Source of the DNA: Octopus sinensis
Lineage: Eukaryota
DNA length: 28,424 bases
Direction: 5' to 3'
NCBI RefSeq assembly: GCF_006345805.1
Contig: NW_021833217.1
Coordinates: forward strand, 1 to 28,424
Made by a program: the position numbers and the translations under genes
Shown here: piece by piece, positions 22,765 to 28,424 of the stretch
How the letters are laid out: every line of letters starts with the position of its first letter
Position numbering within the stretch: position 1 is the stretch's first letter
The notes under the pieces: generated by a model
Seen by the model: only the letters and a program-made list of their open reading frames with translations
What the model was told of the DNA's origin: nothing
Databases searched by the model: none

Positions 22765-22977
22765 CTGATTTTGGTACAAAACCAGCTGTTTTGAGGGGAG
22801 CAGCGGGAGAGGTTCATTAATTCGATCTCACTACTTGACATTTACTTTATTTCATGAGCATCCAAAAGGATGTAAGTCAAATGTGACCTCGGTGGACTTA
22901 GGACGAAAAGAGCCAAATTAAATGCTGCTAAATATTGTATTCGGTGCGTTCCTGATTCTGCCAGCTCGTCACCTTAC
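22765..22977 (-). mobile_element. Highly diverged SINE (family of 1125-1352)
   Basis: AAAGGATG..AGTCAA..TGACCTCGGTGGA.TT and GATTCTGCCAGCTCGTCACCTTA match the head and core of 1125-1352. Confidence 0.6.
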
Positions 22978-22987
22978 ACTTTCTCTG

Positions 22988-23398
22988 TTTTACTCTTTTA
23001 CTTGTTTCAGTCATTTGACTGCGGCCTTGCTGGAGCACCGCCTTTAGTCGGTCGAGCAAATCGACCCCCAGGACTTATTCTTTGTAAGCCCAGTACTTAT
23101 TCTATCGGTCTCTTTTGCCGAGCCGCTAAGTTACGGGGACGTAAACACACTAGCATCGGTTGCCAAACGATGTTGGGGGGACAAACACAGACACACACAC
23201 ACATACACACACATACACATATATGCATATATACGACGGGCTTCTTTCAGTTTCCGTCTACCAAACCCACTCACAAGGCTTTGGTCGGCCCGAGGCTATA
23301 GTAGAAGATACTTGCCCAAGGTGCCACGCAGTGGGACTGAACCCGGAACCATGTGGTTCGTAAGCAAGCTACTTACCACACAGCCACTCCTGCGCCTA
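22988..23398 (-). mobile_element. Full-length tRNA-derived SINE with internal CA/TA microsatellite linker
   Basis: Minus strand: TAGGCGCAGGAGTGGCTGTGTGGTAAG (A box), GGGTTCAGTCCC (B box), CACCTTGGGCAAGT (CORE-like), internal microsatellite, and a 3' part ending in GAGTAAAA repeats. Confidence 0.88.
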
Positions 23399-23776
23399 GT
23401 GTAACAGAAAAATACAAAGTGAAAAGCGAGATGATCAACGCTGAAATAAATTTCATTGTAACTTTTACCGACCAGGTTTGTCCTTGGGCGAACGTCAAAT
23501 CACCATTAACGAACGTTGATTTCGATGTAACTATTTGGAAAAACGAAAGATTACAAAGCAACAATAATTACATCAACGCTCCACTCAACTCATTTAGCTT
23601 AGAAAATGAATGCTCTTTCATAATAGTTTCGCATGTTTTACGTATGTAGCTTCCATTGTACAATCGCATTCGTTCAAACTTAAAAGTGTTACATGTTACA
23701 CTACTTTTCCGCTTCTCTTATTCGCCCATGCAAAATAAACGTATAAACATTTACGAGCGCAGACACATACACACAG

Positions 23777-23816
<40 letters not shown>

Positions 23817-24010
23817 ACACACACCCAAATACACAAGCGCACATAGATGTGCACGTAACTACAAGGAGCGAGTGTCTTTCTCATTTGGTTGTTTTTGCTC
23901 TCTTTCCTATCGAGTAATACATGTTATGTGTTCTTTATAAACAACGTAACTTCCTCTTGCTCTATGCATGTGTATTACATATATATAGATATATATATAT
24001 AATATAATAT

Positions 24011-24053
<43 letters not shown>

Positions 24054-24299
24054 ATAATAAAATCTCGACCGAGAAATGCCAAAAACACGGTAGAAACTAC
24101 TCGCCAGAAATATCCTAAGTAGTAGTTGTAACATTCTGATTTTCTGCTGATGAGTTTGATAACGAACGAAAGGGCTAATAAAAAATTATTCAAATTCTGA
24201 CTACATTTTTGCCCTTTTTGTCCAATATACACTATCTGTAACATCTTCAAACATCTCTCTCTCACTCACTCAACTTACTCTCTCTCTCTCTCTCTCTCC

Positions 24300-24342
<43 letters not shown>

Positions 24343-24616
24343 GAATTTTTCCCTGTAAGTTTGGATTTATATTCCCTCAAATAATATATATATATATATA
24401 TATAATTATGTGAAATAGAAAGATGAATAATCTGTAGTAGATTAATCAAAAGTTAACCGATACCTTAGTTAGCAAAAATCACAGCAGTAAACAGCACGGT
24501 TGGAGGTACAACCATCTGGCGTTGCAACCGTGCGTTGGTGCGGATAATTGAAATAAAACATTATTGGTGAATTGAAGAAATGGAGCTGAACGCAGATTGA
24601 ACAGAAATCGTTTTAT

Positions 24617-24704
24617 TTCATTCTACACGTGTTTCGAAAAGCGCAAAATTACCAAAATCCGATTGAATAATGGGACCATATTGTGTCTTTCTCTTCAGGA
24701 AGAA
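24617..24704 (-). ncRNA. Type I hammerhead ribozyme (inverted pLTR copy)
   Basis: Reverse complement of the 26302-26388 motif with intact CTGAAGA and GAAAC-ACGT-GTA; stem II has two extra substitutions. Confidence 0.8.
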
Positions 24705-25336
24705 AAAGGAAATCCGCTGGAAAAAACAAAAACAGAACAGAGGCGGAGCAAAAGCAAATCGAACTATGCTCCTAAGAGCCCATGGCGAAACTGTTTATCA
24801 GTGTATGTTGAGAACCGGTGGCTGAAGAATTCAACGGGTCAGGCATCGGTCAATCATGTGGGTGAGGGTATAGATGTTCTTTGTGACCGAGCATAAAGTT
24901 CTGACTATTTAAGGAATATTGGATGTTTATAAGGGGCGAGAAAAAATCTACTTAGAGACGTGTGTGGTGTATACTGTTCTATATATGTGTGTTGGCGTAG
25001 GGGTAGAAAACATTTTTGTGTACGTGTGTGCGTTTGATCGTTCGGCTGTCAGGGGCTGGCCGTGATAACCGTTGGGTGGCAGAAAGAAAAAAAAATATAT
25101 ATATATATGTTTTATGTGTGTGTGTGTTCATCTAAGCCTGCCTTGTCAGGAACCCCCCGCTGTGAAAAAACCAAGCCCCGTTTTGTCTTACAGGAGTTAA
25201 TTCCTTGCAGTGGTTAATCGTAGATATCTTAAAGGCTATTTCAGAATTTGTTACCAAGGGCTATGGGTGCCGGTAGGAACGCAGTTCTAATTTCAGAAAC
25301 TATCCTAGCAGATTAAGATTCACGTCGGCGAACTCC

Positions 25337-25723
25337 AAGATCAAAAACGCCGTCTACCAATGCAAGGTTACACGGACTCCGATGTCTTCACTTATGTAGG
25401 GGCATCATCCTCAAGATTGTCTTTGCGTGTCTCCAACCATTACGCAACTTTTCGGGACGTGAACAAGCGCCAGACCACGGGACTCAGTTAACTAATATGG
25501 CGACTGAAGGATACGAAATTAAGCTATAGGCTGGAATGGTCAATTTTGTCGGTGGCCCTCCCATTTGATAGGGGCAGAAGACAGTGCAACCTTTGTGTCT
25601 CCGAACTCTTCCATATTTTGTTTCCAGAGGCCGGATGGTAAACGGGCTCTTACAGTCGGCTTTCGATGCCCCCATTGGCGCGGCGTTACACTTATCTGGC
25701 TTTTAAATAGCGTTTATAAATAA
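25337..25723 (+). pseudogene. PLE GIY-YIG endonuclease fragment
   Basis: KIKNAVYQCKV / DVFTYVGASSSRLSLRVSNHYATFRD..TGLS*LIWRLKD..YRLEWSIL..PFDRGRRQCNLCVSELFHIL / RCPHWR. Frameshift near 25380, stop 25489-25491, CNLC 25585-25596. Confidence 0.9.
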
Positions 25724-26301
25724 TACCGGCACCCATGCTTGGTAACAAATTCTGAAATAGCCTTTAAGATATCTACGATTAACCACTGCAAGGGGAATTA
25801 CTCCTGTAAGACAAACGGGCTTGGTTTTTTTCACAGCGGGGGGTTTCCTTGACAAGGCAGGCTTAGATGAACACACACACACATAAAACATAATATATAT
25901 ATATTTTTTTCTTTCTGCCACCCAACGGTTATCACGGCAGTAGCCACTGACAGCCGAACGATCAAACGCACACACGTACACAAAAATGTTTTCTACCCCT
26001 ACGCCAACACACACATATATAGAACAGTATACACACACACACACGTCTCTAAGTAGATTTTTTCTCGCCCTTATAAAACATCCAATATTCCTTAAATAGT
26101 CAGAACTTTTATGCTCGGTCACAAAGAACATCTATACACCCTCACCCACATGATTGACCGATGCCTGACCCGTTGAATTCTTCAGCCACCGGTTCTCAAC
26201 ATACACTGATAAACAGTTTCGCCATGGGCTCTTAGGAGCATAGTTCGATTTGCTTTTGCTCCGCCTCTGTTCTGTTTTTGTTTTTCCAGCGGATTTCCTT
26301 T

Positions 26302-26388
26302 TTCTTCCTGAAGAGAAAGACACAATATGGTCCCATTATTCAATCGGATTTTGGTAATTTGTGCCTTTCGAAACACGTGTAGAATGAA
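26302..26388 (+). ncRNA. Type I hammerhead ribozyme, intact core
   Basis: Stem I TTCTTC/GAATGAA; CTGAAGA 26308-26314; stem II GAAAGACACAA/TTGTGCCTTTC (10 of 11 pairs); GAAAC-ACGT-GTA 26370-26381 with self-complementary ACACGTGT; predicted cleavage after 26381. Confidence 0.85.
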
Positions 26389-26447
26389 ATAAAACGATTT
26401 CTGTTCAATCTGCGTTCAGCTCCATTTCTTCAATCAACCAATAATGT

Positions 26448-26492
<45 letters not shown>

Positions 26493-27135
26493 AATAATTT
26501 AAGTAGGTGAATGAATTCCTAGCATGGGAAATTCGGTTAACCGATACCTGGGTAGCAAATCACGTCAGAAAACACGGTTGAAGCTACATGTCAAGGGTAG
26601 AAAACTCCGGGTTCTTGTGTGGAAATTTGCGTGTTTTTTAGGAATTTTGTTAAAATCTTCGTTCGACTCCATTCTTTCATTTATATATATATATATATAA
26701 TTATTTGAGGGAATATAAATCCAAACTTACAGGGAAAAAATTCAATTTAGAAATACTAAATCAAATTTCACAGTATATAATATATATATAAAAAATTAGA
26801 AAAAAACCCCAATTAAATTACACCATCTAGAAAATTACATATAATAGAAATATTAAAATTAAAATAACAATAAAATGTCAATGATTAAGTAAATTGCAAA
26901 AAAATAATTAAAATGTATATATTATATATATACAATAAAAATTCAGTGTGAATACTTGATAAATGTAAGCACCTGTATATGCCAGCTAGTAGCAGAGGTG
27001 AGAGGATATATGTATCAAATGAAATAAAATAAAAATAGGACACAAAGGATGTCGCGGTACACATGTTTCGAGCTTTATAAAACAACTTATTCTTACATCA
27101 ATGTATAATCGACATAACATATATATATATATATA

Positions 27136-27198
27136 CAGCCATTTGCGAAAATATTAAGGCATTCTTAATGAATGTCTTAATATTTTCGCAGATGGCTG
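27136..27198. repeat. Short hairpin, 29-bp arms
   Basis: CAGCCATTTGCGAAAATATTAAGGCATTC-TTAAT-GAATGTCTTAATATTTTCGCAGATGGCTG; two non-Watson-Crick positions. Confidence 0.9.
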
Positions 27199-27250
27199 GT
27201 ATGTAATTGTACATTTGTTTCCATGTATTTTTTATTGTGTGTAAAGAAAA

Positions 27251-27332
27251 CATCCTGATGAAGGGAGTGTCAGTTTCGAAAATACGAAATGTAATATATT
27301 AATTGGCGCGTCTCCGAAACGGTCTGTAGATG
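27251..27332 (+). ncRNA. Type I hammerhead ribozyme candidate
   Basis: Stem I CATC/GATG; CTGATGA 27255-27261; stem II GGAG/CTCC after an AG insertion; GAAAC 27316-27320; GTA 27326-27328. Confidence 0.6.
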
Positions 27333-27983
27333 AAAAATTTTGTAATTATTGTATTTTTGTATTTTTCTGTATTTTTTAAAAATTTTAATACGTTATTTTA
27401 ATATGTCCTTTTTATGTATTATTATCCCAAATTTTTAATTTACCAATGTTTTATATCTTTAAGCGTAAATTCTCTGTGTTTTGTACGTAACACCGATTCT
27501 TATATATTTATATATATTATATGATTTTTATCTATTTAGATATATTATTATAATTCATCTATGTCGGATTTTATATCTGTTCTGTAGACATAAATGAATA
27601 TATGTATGTATTTGATCTTTGTGTGTGTATATTAGTAATGTTCCTTTAGTTTCTGCTCGTATTGCCTCTGCTCAGATTAAGAAGTGGAATGTAGCTCATT
27701 TGGAGCACTACAACTCCAGTCTGTATTGTTATTACTAGCTATTTCAAGATATAACTGTATTTTGTATTTTATACAAATATATAAATATGTGTGTCTGCAT
27801 GTGTATATATGTATGCACGTGTGTATGTATATTCTTACTTAAATGTGTGTGTATATATATGTGTGTGTGTTTGTGTATGTGTATGTATGTATATATATAT
27901 ATATGTATATATATATACATATATATATATACATATGCACACACACACACACATATATGTTTACACACATGTATGTATGTATG

Positions 27984-28015
<32 letters not shown>

Positions 28016-28076
28016 CATGCACACACACATATATATATATTTACACACATGTATGTATATATTTATATATGTATAC

Positions 28077-28107
<31 letters not shown>

Positions 28108-28143
28108 CCACACCACATTATAGATATATATTTTACCCACATG

Positions 28144-28185
<42 letters not shown>

Positions 28186-28424
28186 TACATACACTAGACA
28201 CTAAAACAGTTTTGGTTATATATCATTCACCAGTTTGTATTTTTTAATTTAAGTTTGTCACTCTGTATGTTTCTGCTCTGCAAATCTTTTGTTTTAAAAT
28301 GAGGTTTATGAATTTGAGAAATATTGTAACTCTTCAAACAATATACATTGTGCATCCTCTATTATTAGTCTTCTTATCAAAATCTTTACAGAAACAATGG
28401 TGATTTCGCTTCGATTACAGAGCC

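Larger units (their letters stand above)
24557..26448 (+). mobile_element. 5'-truncated Penelope-like element: inverted pLTR, GIY-YIG fragment, pLTR
   Basis: Arms 24557-25275 and 25724-26448 are near-identical inverted repeats. The spacer encodes decayed GIY-YIG in the same orientation as the right arm's hammerhead. Confidence 0.92.

Noticed and set aside
23340-23398. tRNA genes at SINE heads
   Set aside because: A/B boxes are present but no cloverleaf or acceptor stem, and each continues into SINE body.
27660-27725. Possible exon (SARIASAQIKKWNVAHLEHYNSS) or tRNA-like GTAGCTCA motif
   Set aside because: Weak donor, unrecognised peptide, and no B box or cloverleaf.
439-28247. Dozens of YI/IY, HT, CV and LS-repeat ORFs
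   Set aside because: They are translations of (TA)n, (CA)n, (TATC)n and (TC)n arrays that lack stops by composition.

Overview
Eukaryotic, very AT-rich, microsatellite-saturated non-coding DNA. Its SINE families and (TA)n density resemble octopod (Octopus) genomes; this is an inference from family recognition. I can support no intact host gene, and nearly all ORFs in the track are low-complexity artefacts. Recognisable content: (1) several tRNA-derived SINEs; (2) a decayed mariner (10396-11588, minus); (3) a 372-bp RTE-like insertion inside the mariner, with a 7-bp TSD and an HDV-like ribozyme topology at its 5' end; (4) a CR1-group LINE 3' end; (5) two decayed Penelope-like elements (PLEs), one with RT plus GIY-YIG and one with GIY-YIG between ~720-bp inverted pLTRs; (6) at least eight type I hammerhead ribozyme cores, read by eye. 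The main signal is a non-coding family of hammerhead modules with a long, covarying stem II. These modules sit in (TA)n arrays, often as fold-back palindromes containing their own antisense. Ribozyme activity is predicted from sequence only.
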